A stretch of DNA of 64,000 nt from Torpedo marmorata (lineage: Eukaryota). The notes beneath the pieces were generated by a model. It searched no databases and was not told the DNA's origin. It saw nothing but the letters and a program-made list of their open reading frames with translations. Position 1 is the stretch's first letter; each line of letters begins with the position of its first letter. Made by a program: the position numbers and the translations under genes. Location: assembly GCA_977017645.1 (NCBI GenBank), contig OZ360239.1, positions 33,852,001 through 33,916,000 on the forward strand, in the 5' to 3' direction. This document shows positions 55,001 to 62,521 of the stretch, in pieces.

Positions 55001-58000
55001 GCGATCACATTGTGGATTGCAGAAATTGCAGAGGATAGTATGTTGTGAGGTGAGGACAAGGTGAATCCCGTCCTTTTTGCATCTCGGGGTGGAAGGGTCC
55101 AGGGCAGATTTGAGGGAAATAGAGAAGATTTAGATAACTGCTGAGATGATGGCAGAAATGTGGAAGCCACGATTTTGAAGAAGGAGGACATCTCGGATGT
55201 TCTGAAATGGAAGACATCATCCTGGGAGCAGTCATGACGGAGACAGAGGAATTTAGATAAAGGAATAAGATGCTTATCGGGGACAGTGGGTGAAGAGGTT
55301 GAGTTAAGGTAACTGTAGGAATTGGTATGTTTTATAGGTGTATGTGAGTTTAGCGTGTTGTATTATGTGTGAAGGAAAATGTTGTTATGCATGTCTTGGA
55401 AGGTCTGATTATAAAAGTGTGGCACAATGTTTCTTTTGTTCTTTGAATTGCTCAAATGATTTCCACATAGTTTCATCATTGTGTTATTTTTATAAATGTT
55501 AATTAATAAATAAATACAATTAATTGATTTTCAAAATGTGATCATTCTATTAACAGCCTGGAAGTGTCATCGAGTTGCTCCTATGATTCCGTTGCAATAT
55601 ATGATGGACCTTCAACAAATTCCGCTTTGCTGGCAAAACTCTGCCAAGATTCAAATGAAACTTTTACATCATCATCCAACAGCATGACTATTTATTTTCG
55701 ATCAGATGCCAGTGTAACCAGGCGTGGTTTTGTAGCAAACTATCGCTCTCTATATGACAACAATGGTGAGCTTTGTTAAAATACTTGTTGAAGGAAGTGG
55801 AACAAGTTAAAAAATGAAATTACCTACAAAACACTTCATCACAATAAAAGTGAAAAAGTAAAAAAAATATGATAACTGTGTAGAAATTCTAATTGCAATT
55901 GAGAATCTTTGTGAATGCATGTGACACTACAATGTTTTAGTTTGTTTCCCTGTGTATGTGAGGCAGAAATAATTGAAGTACACAGGAACATTTAGAGTAA
56001 TGTCTATGATCGTACAATAAAGGGCCAACATTTAATTTAAAAAAATAATTGAGAGATACAACAGAGTAACATGCCCTTCTGGCTCACGTGCCCATGCCAC
56101 CCAATTATATCCATGTTATCTGACCAACCCCGTACGTCTTTGAGTACCCGGAGGAAACCCACAAGGAGACGTACAAACTCCTCACAGACAGCATCAGATT
56201 TGAACCCGGGTCGCTGGTACTGTAATAGCGGTGCACTAACCACTACGCTAATCATGTTATTTCAGCACTAATGAGTGGCTTATAATGTGGCATGTTGGTC
56301 TGTGCAGTCACAAGGTTTAATAAAATAATAGTAAATTCCGAGTGTTTCTTCTGTTTTGAATCTGCCCCACTTTGGCACGGCACAGGACGGGGTGTTAGAA
56401 TGAGCTGCAGTACCCAGGTTAGAAAGGGAGCTAACATAAAGATTCATTGAGGCCAGAAACTGTCACTGGAAGGGCATGAACATTCATTGTTAAGATTTGT
56501 CATTTCAAAAGTAGGACATATTGATTAACATCTTTAGAATCTTAACGCAATGGAGATTATTTGAATGAGCAAGTGTGAAAATAACATATTGATAATTAGG
56601 AACTGAAACACATTGCACATTTAAATTGCATTAAAAAGCCTTTTCATAATGAACATCTCGAGGTTTGACAATGATCTTGTGAGAGCAGATTGATCTTCAG
56701 AAAATTTTTGTTTGGTTCACTGGGTAGATGAGGCAGAAACTATCAGAAAATCCAGGGTCAATTGCAATGATGGTAGTTGAAGTACATCAGGAGGCACCAA
56801 TATTTGTGTATTCTTTCACCACTTGTACTTCGCTTACAATGTGATAATTTTGTCTTGCCCTGGCAGTGGTTGAGGTTTAAAGAAAATAGAATTCCCAGAT
56901 TTGATTATCTTGTCAATCATTAAACTGCAGCAGGGCAAACGTATGGGTCTTAGAATTGGTCACAGCGCCCAGATTAAATACAGAGGTAATTTATATTTAA
57001 TCTGGGCACTGTGACCAATTCTAAAAAGCATTTAGATCAGGAAATGCCATTGGAAGGTCATGTACATTCAATGCAAAGACTCTGTAAGATCAACAGTTCC
57101 ATAAGAGAGGGAGGAGAGATAGTCTGGCAGATGTAAAAGCTCATTGCAATGAAGAATTCTGAAATAAGGAAAGCTGGCAACAAATACTGTGAGAGGGACA
57201 AAAAGAAATAGTGTTTCTTTTTCCTTTTATTGTCCCAGCCAGACTTATCAATTTCCTTATTGTTCACAGGTGGATCATGTGGAGGATTCCTTGATGGTGC
57301 CTCTGGGTCTGTCATCAGTCCTGGTTATCCAAACACCTATACAAATAATGCAGCCTGCATTTGGTACATCAGAGTGAACAGCAGCAAAATAATAGATCTG
57401 CGGTTTATTGACCTTGAGTAAGTGAAGATGATTTGACCTTCATTTTATGATACAACTAATCTCAGGGTCGATACCGTTAACTAACAGATTTAATCGATAA
57501 TTTCAAATTCATGCAATACATTCAAGGCATTAATTATTTGAAGCTGAATCCGATGTTTGGTCCCTTTCACAAAACTTTGTTGACTGCTTCATTTCCATTA
57601 ATCTAAGGACTCTATGAACACATGATTAATAATGTATTTTAGCATTTTCTCATGACAGCTGTTGTGAACCTGCCTGTAATTTTCATTTGTAATTTCCTAC
57701 CATCTAACATTTTTGAATGTGAAAAATAATCCCTGATTATGGCTGCTCCTTGAATGTGAACCTGCTGGATATGAGGACAATCACATTAATTGTTATGATG
57801 GCATGATAGTCAAGATACTGGACTACTCTGGAGTAATGTGGTGGAGACATATGTTTGAAACGTATGGTGACAGCTGAGAAATTCATAGAATAAAATAAAT
57901 CTGGAATAATGATCATGATAGGTTATAAAGTCTGATCACATAGAGGATGAATTCAGGGACAAACATTTAATATGATAAGTAATATTTATCATAAGTATGT

Positions 58001-61000
58001 GTGATTAAAGGTTTTTTAAGCAGTGTAGCAGCATGGGATTTCATAAGGGACTGTCCAATATAGAAAAAATTAATATAGGGGGAAAGGGCAGAAGAGTGGA
58101 ATCTGCTGACGTGAACCCTACCATCGCAATCGGCCAAACAATTTAATGCTTTGATAGCTGCCGGAACACATAACAAGATGAAATAAATTTCAAGAGGCAT
58201 GTTCAGTGTGTAAGGAATTTACTTGATTTGAATTAAGAGCAAAATCTGGAGAAACATTCATGCAAAATTATTATTTATAGGAATAAAGCAGCCAGTGTTA
58301 AATAATGAGAGTTGAAACCAGGTAGATATTTTGGTACAATACACAAAAGTGCTGGAGAAAATCAGCAGGTCACGCAGCATCTATAGGAAGTAAAGGATAA
58401 CCAATGTTTCGGGCCTGAGCCCTTTGTCAAGGTATGAGGAAAATACACGCAGCTGCCTGAATAAAAAGGTGAGAGGGTTGGTGGAGAAGAAAGGAGGGAG
58501 GAAGGGGCAGGGGGAGGAGTACAGGTCATAGGTGGATAGAGGTGGGAGGACAGAAGAGAAAAAAAATCTGAGGTGATTGGGAAGGGAGTATCTGTGAATA
58601 CAGAGATAAGGAAAGGGGGTGAGGGCTGGAGGAAAGGAGACAGATAGGGAAAGGGAGAGACTCAGGGGAGGGGTTTAACGAAAACTGGAGGTCGATGTTA
58701 ATGCCGTCTGCTTGGAGAGTGCCCAGATGGAATATTAGGTGTTGTTCCTCCAATTTGCGGGTGGCCTTGGTTTGCAAGTTCATGATGCCATGATCTGCCA
58801 ACCTGTTGGTATGGGAATGGTGTGTGGAATTTAAATGGTTGGCTACTGGGAGGTCCCAATTTTTGCAGTGGACAGAGGGAAGATGCTCAACGAAACAGTC
58901 TTCCATTCTGCGTCCAGTCTCTCCGATGTAGAGGAGGCCACAACGGGAGCATTGGCCGCAGTAAATGTCGCCTGAAAATTCACAATGGAAATGGTACTTC
59001 ACTTGGAAGGACTGTTTGGGGCCCCGTTTGGTGGTGAGGAAGGAGGTGTGGGCACAGTGTAGCATTTCTTGAGATCACAGGGGTAGGTACCAAGGGGGGA
59101 TTAGTGGGAAGGGATGAGTTATTGAGGGAGTCCTTGTGGGAGTGGTCCCTGAAGAAAGCGGAGAAGGGTGGAGATGGGAAGATGTTTCTGATGGTGCGAT
59201 CGCATTGTGGATTGCAGAAATTGCAGAGGATAGTATGTTGTGAGGTGAGGACAAGGTGAATCCCGTCCTTTTTGCATCTCGGGGTGGAAGGGTCCAGGGC
59301 AGATTTGAGAGAAATAGAGAAGATTTAGATAACTGCTGAGATGATGGCAGAAATGTGGAAGCCACGATTTTGAAGAAGGAGGACATCTCGGATGTTCTGA
59401 AATGGAAGACATCATCCTGGGAGCAGTCATGACGGAGACAGAGGAATTTAGATAAAGGAATAAGATGCTTACCGGGGACAGTGGGTGAAGAGGTTGAGTT
59501 AAGGTAACTGTAGGAATTGGTATGTTTTATAGGTGTATGTGAGTTTAGCGTTTTGTATTATGTGTGAAGGAAAATGTTGTTATGCATGTCTTGGAAGGTC
59601 TGATAATAAAATTGTGGCACAATGTTTCTTTTGTTCTTTGAATTGCTCAAATAATTTCCACATAGTTTCATCATTGTGTTATTTTTATAAATGTTAATTA
59701 ATAAATAAATACAATTAATTGATTTTCAAAATGTGATCATTCTATTAACAGCCTGGAAGTGTCATCGAGTTGCTCCTATGATTCCGTTGCAATATATGAT
59801 GGACCTTCAACAAATTCTGCTTTGCTGGCAAAACTCTGCCAAGATTCAAATGAAACTTTTACATCATCATCCAACAGCATGACTATTTATTTTCGATCAG
59901 ATGCCAGTGTAACCAGGCGTGGTTTTGTAGCAAACTATCGCTCTCTATATGGTGAGCTTTGTTAAAATACTTGTTGAAGGAAGTGGAGCAAGTTAAAAAA
60001 TGAAATTACCTACAAAACACTTCATCACAATAAAAGTGAAAAAGTAAAAAAAATATGATAACTGTGTAGAAATTCTAATTGCAATTGAGAATCTTTGTGA
60101 ATGCATGTGACACTACAATGTTTTAGTTTGTTTCCCTGTGTATGTGAGGCAGAAATAATTGAAGTACACAGGAACATTTAGAGTAATGTCTATGATCGTA
60201 CAATAAAGGGCCAACATTTAATTTAAAAAAATAATTGAGAGATACAACAGAGTAACATGCCCTTCTGGCTCACGTACCCATGCCACCCAATTATATCCAT
60301 GTTATCTGACTAACCCCGTACGTCTTTGAGTACGCGGAGGAAACCCACATGAAGACGTACAAACTCCTCACAGACAGTATCAGATTTGAACCCGTGTCGC
60401 TGGTACTGTAATAGCGGTGCACTAACCACTACGCTAATCATGTTATTTCAGCACTAATGAGTGGCTTACAATGTGGCAAGTTGGTCTGTCCAGTCACACG
60501 GTTTAATAAAATAATAGTAAATTCCGAGTGTTTCTTCTGTTTTGAATCTGCCCCACTTTTGCACGGCACAGGACGGGGTGTTAGAATGAGCTGCAGTACC
60601 CAGGTTAGAAAGGGAGCTAACATAAAGATTCATTGAGGCCAGAAACTGTCACTGGAAGGGCATGAACATTCATTGTTAAGATTTGTCATTTCAAAAGTAG
60701 GACATATTAATTAACATCTTTAGAATCTTAACGCAATGGAGATTATTGGAATGAAAAAGTGTGAAAGTAACATATTGATTATTAGGAACTGAAACACATT
60801 GCACATTTAAATTGCATTAAAAGGCCTTTTCATAATGAACATCTCGAGGTTTGACAATGATCTTGTGAGAGCAGATTGATCTTCAGAAAGTTTTTGTTTG
60901 GTTCACTGGGTAGATGAGGCAGAAACTATCAGAAAATCCAGGGTCAATTGCAATGATGGTAGTTGAAGTACATCAGGAGGCAACAATATTTGTGTATTCT

Positions 61001-61604
61001 TTCACCACTTGTACTTCGCTTACAATGTGATAATTTTGTCCTGCCCTGGCAGTGGTTGAGGTTTAAAGAAAATAGAATTCACAGATTTGATTATCTTGTC
61101 AATCAATTAAACTGCAGCAGTGAAAACATTTGGGTTTTAGAACTGGTCACAGCACCCAGATTAAATACAGAGGTAATTTATATTTAATCTGGGCACTGTG
61201 ACCAATTCTAAAAAGCATTTAGATCAGGAAATGCCATTGGAAGGTCATGTACATTCAATGCAAAGACTCTGTAAGATCAACAGTTCCATAAGAGAGGGAG
61301 GAGAGATAGACTGGCAGCTGTAGAAGCTCATTGCAATGAAGAATTCTGAAATAAGGAAAGCTGGCAACAAATACTGTGAGAGGGACAAAAAGAAATAGTG
61401 TCTATTTTTCCTTTTATTGTCCCAGCCAGACTTATCAATTTCCTTATTGTTCACAGGTGGATCATGTGGAGGATTCCTTGATGGTGCCTCTGGATCTGTC
61501 ATCAGTCCTGGTTATCCATACACCTATACAAATAATGCAGCCTGCATTTGGTACATCAGAGTGAACAGCAGCAAAATAATAGATCTGCGGTTTATTGACC
61601 TTGA
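3939..61604 (+). CDS. Partial multi-exon gene: SMB-like x7 + Thr-rich linkers + CUB x>=11 extracellular protein (DMBT1/CUZD1/uromodulin-like); 5' and 3' ends not resolved
   Basis: 41 exons with canonical AG/GT ends and compatible phases (modules are phase 1-1; CUB halves join in phase 2). They splice into one open frame of ~4906 nt. Confidence 0.85.
4130..4355 (+). mobile_element. tRNA-derived V-SINE
   Basis: ggtggcacg..ttagcgtaatgctatt head, core gggtttcctccgggtgctccagtttcctcccac, (aaatt)n tail. Confidence 0.75.
4881..4910 (+). CDS. Micro-exon A1 (Cys + Thr linker)
   Basis: tatag|AA...GCAG|gttagt, 30 nt; (E)SCGYDTTTA. Confidence 0.8.
5085..5111 (+). CDS. Micro-exon B1 (Thr-rich)
   Basis: gacag|GC...ACAG|gtaat, 27 nt; (G)TTETTETT. 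Confidence 0.8.
5233..5355 (+). CDS. SMB-like exon 2
   Basis: aacag|GG...TATG|gtaag, 123 nt; YSSCMYNCGRSSSGCSCDYSCRYYGNCCRDFCDYCSHIDY. Confidence 0.9.
5614..5785. repeat. Fold-back element made of two inverted Penelope-type termini (copies at 6643-6815 and 7672-7845)
   Basis: aaaacacaaag..gctggaggaa..cagccggtctcgcagc ... gctgcaagaccggttga..tccagc..tgtgttttt; the right arm matches the 19.2 kb Penelope tail. Confidence 0.7.
5939..5968 (+). CDS. Micro-exon A2
   Basis: aatag|...|gtcag, 30 nt; (E)YCGVDTTTA. Confidence 0.8.
6116..6142 (+). CDS. Micro-exon B2
   Basis: gacag|...|gtatc, 27 nt; (G)TTETTERT. Confidence 0.75.
6263..6385 (+). CDS. SMB-like exon 3
   Basis: 123 nt, near-identical to exon 2, AG/GT intact. 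Confidence 0.9.
6968..6997 (+). CDS. Micro-exon A3
   Basis: 30 nt; (E)YCGVDTTTA. Confidence 0.8.
7145..7171 (+). CDS. Micro-exon B3
   Basis: 27 nt; (G)TTETTETT. Confidence 0.8.
7293..7415 (+). CDS. SMB-like exon 4
   Basis: 123 nt, near-identical to exon 3, AG/GT intact. Confidence 0.9.
7998..8027 (+). CDS. Micro-exon A4
   Basis: 30 nt; (E)YCGVDTTTA. Confidence 0.8.
8175..8201 (+). CDS. Micro-exon B4
   Basis: 27 nt; (G)TTETTERT. Confidence 0.75.
8325..8447 (+). CDS. SMB-like exon 5
   Basis: aacag|GA...AATG|gtgag, 123 nt; YGSCMQNCGGSSSGCSCDYTCHYYGNCCSDFCDYCSHIDN. Confidence 0.9.
8561..8590 (+). CDS. Micro-exon A5
   Basis: Pyrimidine tract, then cagtag|GA...GTAG|gttagt, 30 nt; (G)FCGNDPTGV. 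Confidence 0.75.
   Translation, partial: DFVEMTLLE
9005..9607 (-). mobile_element. Internally deleted Chapaev3-like DNA transposon
   Basis: cactggacac... terminus; minus ORF SLKSHFLYLHLDFFPAGLGAVNDEHGEKFHQDIATMEKWYQG (transposase C-terminal region); cta/tta flanks. Confidence 0.75.
9957..10115 (+). CDS. SMB-like exon 6 with fused linker (alternative in-frame acceptor at 9990)
   Basis: tgtcag|GC...AATG|gtgag, 159 nt; TRASRTYWTTASYGSCRHNCGGSSFGCSCDYSCRYYGRCCADFCDYCAYMDN. Confidence 0.85.
10622..11078 (+). mobile_element. 5'-truncated Rex1/Babar-type LINE
   Basis: ORF end ITAWYG...LQRVVNSA...ILKDPHHPGHALFTLLPSGKRYRSL; aataaa followed by (ttctga)n tail. Confidence 0.85.
11426..11449 (+). CDS. 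Micro-exon A6
   Basis: ctttag|GA...ACAG|gtcagt, 24 nt; (G)YCGGYTT. Confidence 0.75.
12047..12925 (-). mobile_element. 5'-truncated Rex1/Babar-type LINE
   Basis: Minus ORF WCTNNNLALNVTKTKELIVDFRK...KAHQRLYFLRSLRRFGM; tail ttcagattcagg..tttattg. Confidence 0.85.
13471..13494 (+). CDS. Linker micro-exon
   Basis: tttcttag|AA...ACAG|gtatgg, 24 nt; (E)GPTFLPT, 134 nt upstream of SMB exon 7. Confidence 0.7.
13629..13751 (+). CDS. SMB-like exon 7
   Basis: aacag|AA...AATG|gtaag, 123 nt; NNSCRYRCGGNSSSCSCDHDCYYHGNCCFDFCNHCAYINN. Confidence 0.9.
13985..14808 (+). mobile_element. GC/CpG-rich non-autonomous retroelement with (cttgaat)n tail
   Basis: Abrupt GC island ending aataaattgaatcttgaatcttgaatcttgaatc; a related 3' end occurs antisense at 22788-22915. 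Confidence 0.6.
15104..16048 (-). mobile_element. 5'-truncated L1/Tx1-type LINE with TSD
   Basis: Minus ORFs ...KWESDL...QYNFVHQLYLTP and ...IPLEKITYNLR...KMWSPY (ORF2 C-terminus); poly-T; 13 bp TSD tattattgtttct at 15091-15103 and 16049-16061. Confidence 0.85.
16133..16159 (+). CDS. Micro-exon A7
   Basis: ctatag|GA...TCAG|gtcagt, 27 nt; (G)YCGSYDTS. Confidence 0.75.
16290..17010 (+). mobile_element. Old degenerate L2/Deu-type LINE or SINE remnants
   Basis: 3' end resembles the ...tttagggatgagcaataa...ggccttgc tail; heavily decayed, boundaries approximate. Confidence 0.35.
17050..17296 (+). mobile_element. tRNA-derived V-SINE
   Basis: B-box-like gggttcgaatccc, V-core gggttttccccaggtgctccagtttcctccc, aaatttaaattt tail. 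Confidence 0.75.
17565..17800. repeat. Fold-back Penelope-terminus-derived element
   Basis: gcagcatccatggagagaaatgatcag ... ctgaccatttctctccatggatgctgc inverted arms; related elements at 584-720, 4650-4850 and 22625-22790. Confidence 0.65.
18092..18103 (+). CDS. Candidate 12-nt micro-exon
   Basis: Long pyrimidine tract ctctttttccttcttttcag|CACCAATATCAG|gtaacc; (A)PIS, phase 1-1. Confidence 0.55.
18220..19290 (+). mobile_element. Penelope-like element remnant (GIY-YIG end plus terminal repeat)
   Basis: SFFxxxGFP...DRIPLVLTYHPT- and LPVATHFNS...EEKHLVFCLGTL-type frames; tail ttgaggaagggctcaggcccaaaatgtc. Confidence 0.8.
19397..19544 (+). CDS. CUB1 N-half exon (diverged unit 0)
   Basis: cacag|GT...GA|gtaagt, 148 nt; GSCGGYLDGAYGSVISPGYPYNYPNNAACIWYIRVNSNQTINLQFTEM. 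Confidence 0.9.
19758..20365 (-). mobile_element. Internally deleted Chapaev3-like DNA transposon
   Basis: cactggacaacaa ... ttgttgtccaatg TIRs, tta/ata flanks; same deletion structure as 9005-9607. Confidence 0.75.
20636..21060 (-). mobile_element. Degenerate CR1-like LINE 3' fragment
   Basis: atcatagagtcgtgcagcacagg tail, then ...tccatcacctcttctggcag... typical of antisense CR1 3' ends; decayed. Confidence 0.45.
21295..21390 (+). mobile_element. 3' fragment of the same V-SINE
   Basis: taggtcaattgggtgtaattgggcagcacgggctcgtgggccga... matches 4270-4345. Confidence 0.6.
22183..22391 (+). CDS. CUB1 C-half exon
   Basis: gacag|C...GATG|gtaag, 209 nt; LEVSSSCSFDYVAVYNGPS...FRSDSSVTRRGFTANYRTLPIND. 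Confidence 0.9.
23098..23176. repeat. ~79 bp near-perfect inverted repeat, one per CUB unit, ending ~243 nt upstream of each N-half exon
   Basis: ttttagaattggtcacagcgcccagatta / taatctgggcactgtgaccaattctaaaa: 29 bp arms with 1 mismatch. Confidence 0.9.
23419..23566 (+). CDS. CUB2 N-half exon (unit 1)
   Basis: 148 nt; GSCGGFLDGASGSVISPGYPYTYTNNAACIWYIRVNSSKIIDLRFIDL. Confidence 0.9.
24494..25698 (-). mobile_element. Penelope-like remnant in unit 1
   Basis: Minus frames ...EDCFVEHL...KLEEQHLIFHLGTLQADGINI; homologous to 18220-19290. Confidence 0.85.
25905..26113 (+). CDS. CUB2 C-half exon (unit 1)
   Basis: aacag|C...AATG|gtgag, 209 nt; ends RSLYDNN. Confidence 0.9.
26380..26707 (+). mobile_element. 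Short 5'-truncated L1/Tx1 insertion private to unit 1
   Basis: Starts tggagcccatatatgaga (WSPYMR, compare 15368 ORF end), ends aataaa...poly-A; TSD aaagggccaaca at 26368-26379 and 26708-26719; units 2-9 show the empty site. Confidence 0.88.
26720..26944 (-). mobile_element. V-SINE, antisense, co-amplified in CUB units 1-9
   Basis: Reverse complement of head and core (cccggaggaaaccca; gaacccgggtcgctgg; tacgctaa). Other copies near 30.9, 35.1, 39.3, 43.5, 47.65, 51.85, 56.05 and 60.2 kb. Confidence 0.75.
27959..28106 (+). CDS. CUB3 N-half exon (unit 2)
   Basis: 148 nt, AG/GT intact, PGYPNTY variant. Confidence 0.9.
29023..30233 (-). mobile_element. Penelope-like remnant in unit 2
   Basis: Same insertion, co-amplified. 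Confidence 0.85.
30440..30639 (+). CDS. CUB3 C-half exon (unit 2)
   Basis: 200 nt; ends RSLN. Confidence 0.9.
32145..32292 (+). CDS. CUB4 N-half exon (unit 3)
   Basis: 148 nt, PGYPNTY variant. Confidence 0.9.
33211..34421 (-). mobile_element. Penelope-like remnant in unit 3
   Basis: GIY-YIG-type IYCGRCSRCGLLYIGETGRR in ORF 33402-33941. Confidence 0.85.
34628..34836 (+). CDS. CUB4 C-half exon (unit 3)
   Basis: 209 nt; ends RSLYDNN. Confidence 0.9.
36341..36488 (+). CDS. CUB5 N-half exon (unit 4)
   Basis: 148 nt, PGYPNTY variant. Confidence 0.9.
37405..38614 (-). mobile_element. Penelope-like remnant in unit 4
   Basis: GIY-YIG-type motif in ORF 37596-38162. Confidence 0.85.
38819..39018 (+). 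CDS. CUB5 C-half exon (unit 4)
   Basis: 200 nt; ends RSLY. Confidence 0.9.
40521..40668 (+). CDS. CUB6 N-half exon (unit 5)
   Basis: 148 nt, PGYPYTY variant. Confidence 0.9.
41585..42795 (-). mobile_element. Penelope-like remnant in unit 5
   Basis: GIY-YIG-type motif in ORF 41776-42315. Confidence 0.85.
43002..43201 (+). CDS. CUB6 C-half exon (unit 5)
   Basis: 200 nt; ends RSLY. Confidence 0.9.
44706..44853 (+). CDS. CUB7 N-half exon (unit 6)
   Basis: 148 nt, PGYPYTY variant. Confidence 0.9.
45771..46981 (-). mobile_element. Penelope-like remnant in unit 6
   Basis: GIY-YIG-type motif in ORF 45962-46501. Confidence 0.85.
47188..47387 (+). CDS. CUB7 C-half exon (unit 6)
   Basis: 200 nt; ends RSLY. 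Confidence 0.9.
48892..49039 (+). CDS. CUB8 N-half exon (unit 7)
   Basis: 148 nt; private A>D change (NNADCIW). Confidence 0.9.
49956..51165 (-). mobile_element. Penelope-like remnant in unit 7
   Basis: GIY-YIG-type motif in ORF 50147-50713. Confidence 0.85.
51372..51571 (+). CDS. CUB8 C-half exon (unit 7)
   Basis: 200 nt; ends RSLY. Confidence 0.9.
53075..53222 (+). CDS. CUB9 N-half exon (unit 8)
   Basis: 148 nt, PGYPYTY variant. Confidence 0.9.
54140..55350 (-). mobile_element. Penelope-like remnant in unit 8
   Basis: GIY-YIG-type motif in ORF 54331-54870. Confidence 0.85.
55557..55765 (+). CDS. CUB9 C-half exon (unit 8)
   Basis: 209 nt; ends RSLYDNN. Confidence 0.9.
57270..57417 (+). 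CDS. CUB10 N-half exon (unit 9)
   Basis: 148 nt, PGYPNTY variant. Confidence 0.9.
58335..59545 (-). mobile_element. Penelope-like remnant in unit 9
   Basis: GIY-YIG-type motif in ORF 58526-59065. Confidence 0.85.
59752..59951 (+). CDS. CUB10 C-half exon (unit 9)
   Basis: 200 nt; ends RSLY. Confidence 0.9.
61457..61604 (+). CDS. CUB11 N-half exon (unit 10); C-half not in window
   Basis: 148 nt, AG/GT intact. Confidence 0.88.
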
Positions 61605-62521
61605 GTAAGTGAAGATGATTTGACCTTCATTTTATGATACAACTAATGTCAGGTTCGATACCGTTAACTAACAGTTTTAATCGATAATTTCAAATTCACA
61701 CAATACATTCAAGGCATTAATTATTTGAAGCTGAATCCGATGTTTGGTCCCTTTCACAAAACTTTGTTGTCTGCTTCATTTCCATTAATCTAAGGACTCT
61801 ATGAACACATGATTAATAATGTATTTTAGCATTTTCTCATGACAGCTGTTGTGAACCTGCCTGTAATTTTCATTTGTAATTTCCTACCATCTTGCATTTT
61901 TGAATGTGAAAAATAATCCCTGATTATGGCTGCTCCTTGAATGTGAACCTGCTGGATATGAGGACAATCACATTAATTGTTATGATGGCATGATAGTCAA
62001 GATACTGGACTACTCTGGAGTAATGTGGTGCAGACATATGTTTGAAACGTATGGTGACAGCTGAGAAATTCATAGAATAAAATAAATCTGGAATAATGAT
62101 CATGATAGGTTATAAAGTCTGATCACATAGAGGATGAATTCAGGGACAAACATTTAATATGATAAGTAATATTTATCATAAGTATGTGTGATTAAAGGTT
62201 TTTTTAGCAGTGTAGCAGCATGGGATTTCATAAGGGACTGTCCAATGTAGAAAAAATTAATATAGGGGGAAAGGGCAGAAGAGTGGAATCTGCTGACGTG
62301 AACCCTACCATCGCAATCGGCCAAACAATTTAATGCTTTGATAGCTGCCGGAACACATAACAAGATGAAATAAATTTCAAGAGGCATGTTCAGTGTGTAA
62401 GGAATTTACTTGATTTGAATTTAGAGCAAAATCTGGAGAAACATTCATGCAAAATTATTATTTATAGGAATAAAGCAGCCAGTGTTAAATAATGAGAGTT
62501 GAAACCAGGTAGATATTTTGG

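Noticed and set aside
23419-61604. Dscam-like mutually exclusive exon cluster
   Set aside because: N-half and C-half exons alternate with compatible phases, as expected for serial inclusion.
19397-61604. Calling the gene CUBN or DMBT1
   Set aside because: No EGF block or SRCR exons are seen, and SMB modules precede the CUBs; orthology cannot be assigned without a search.
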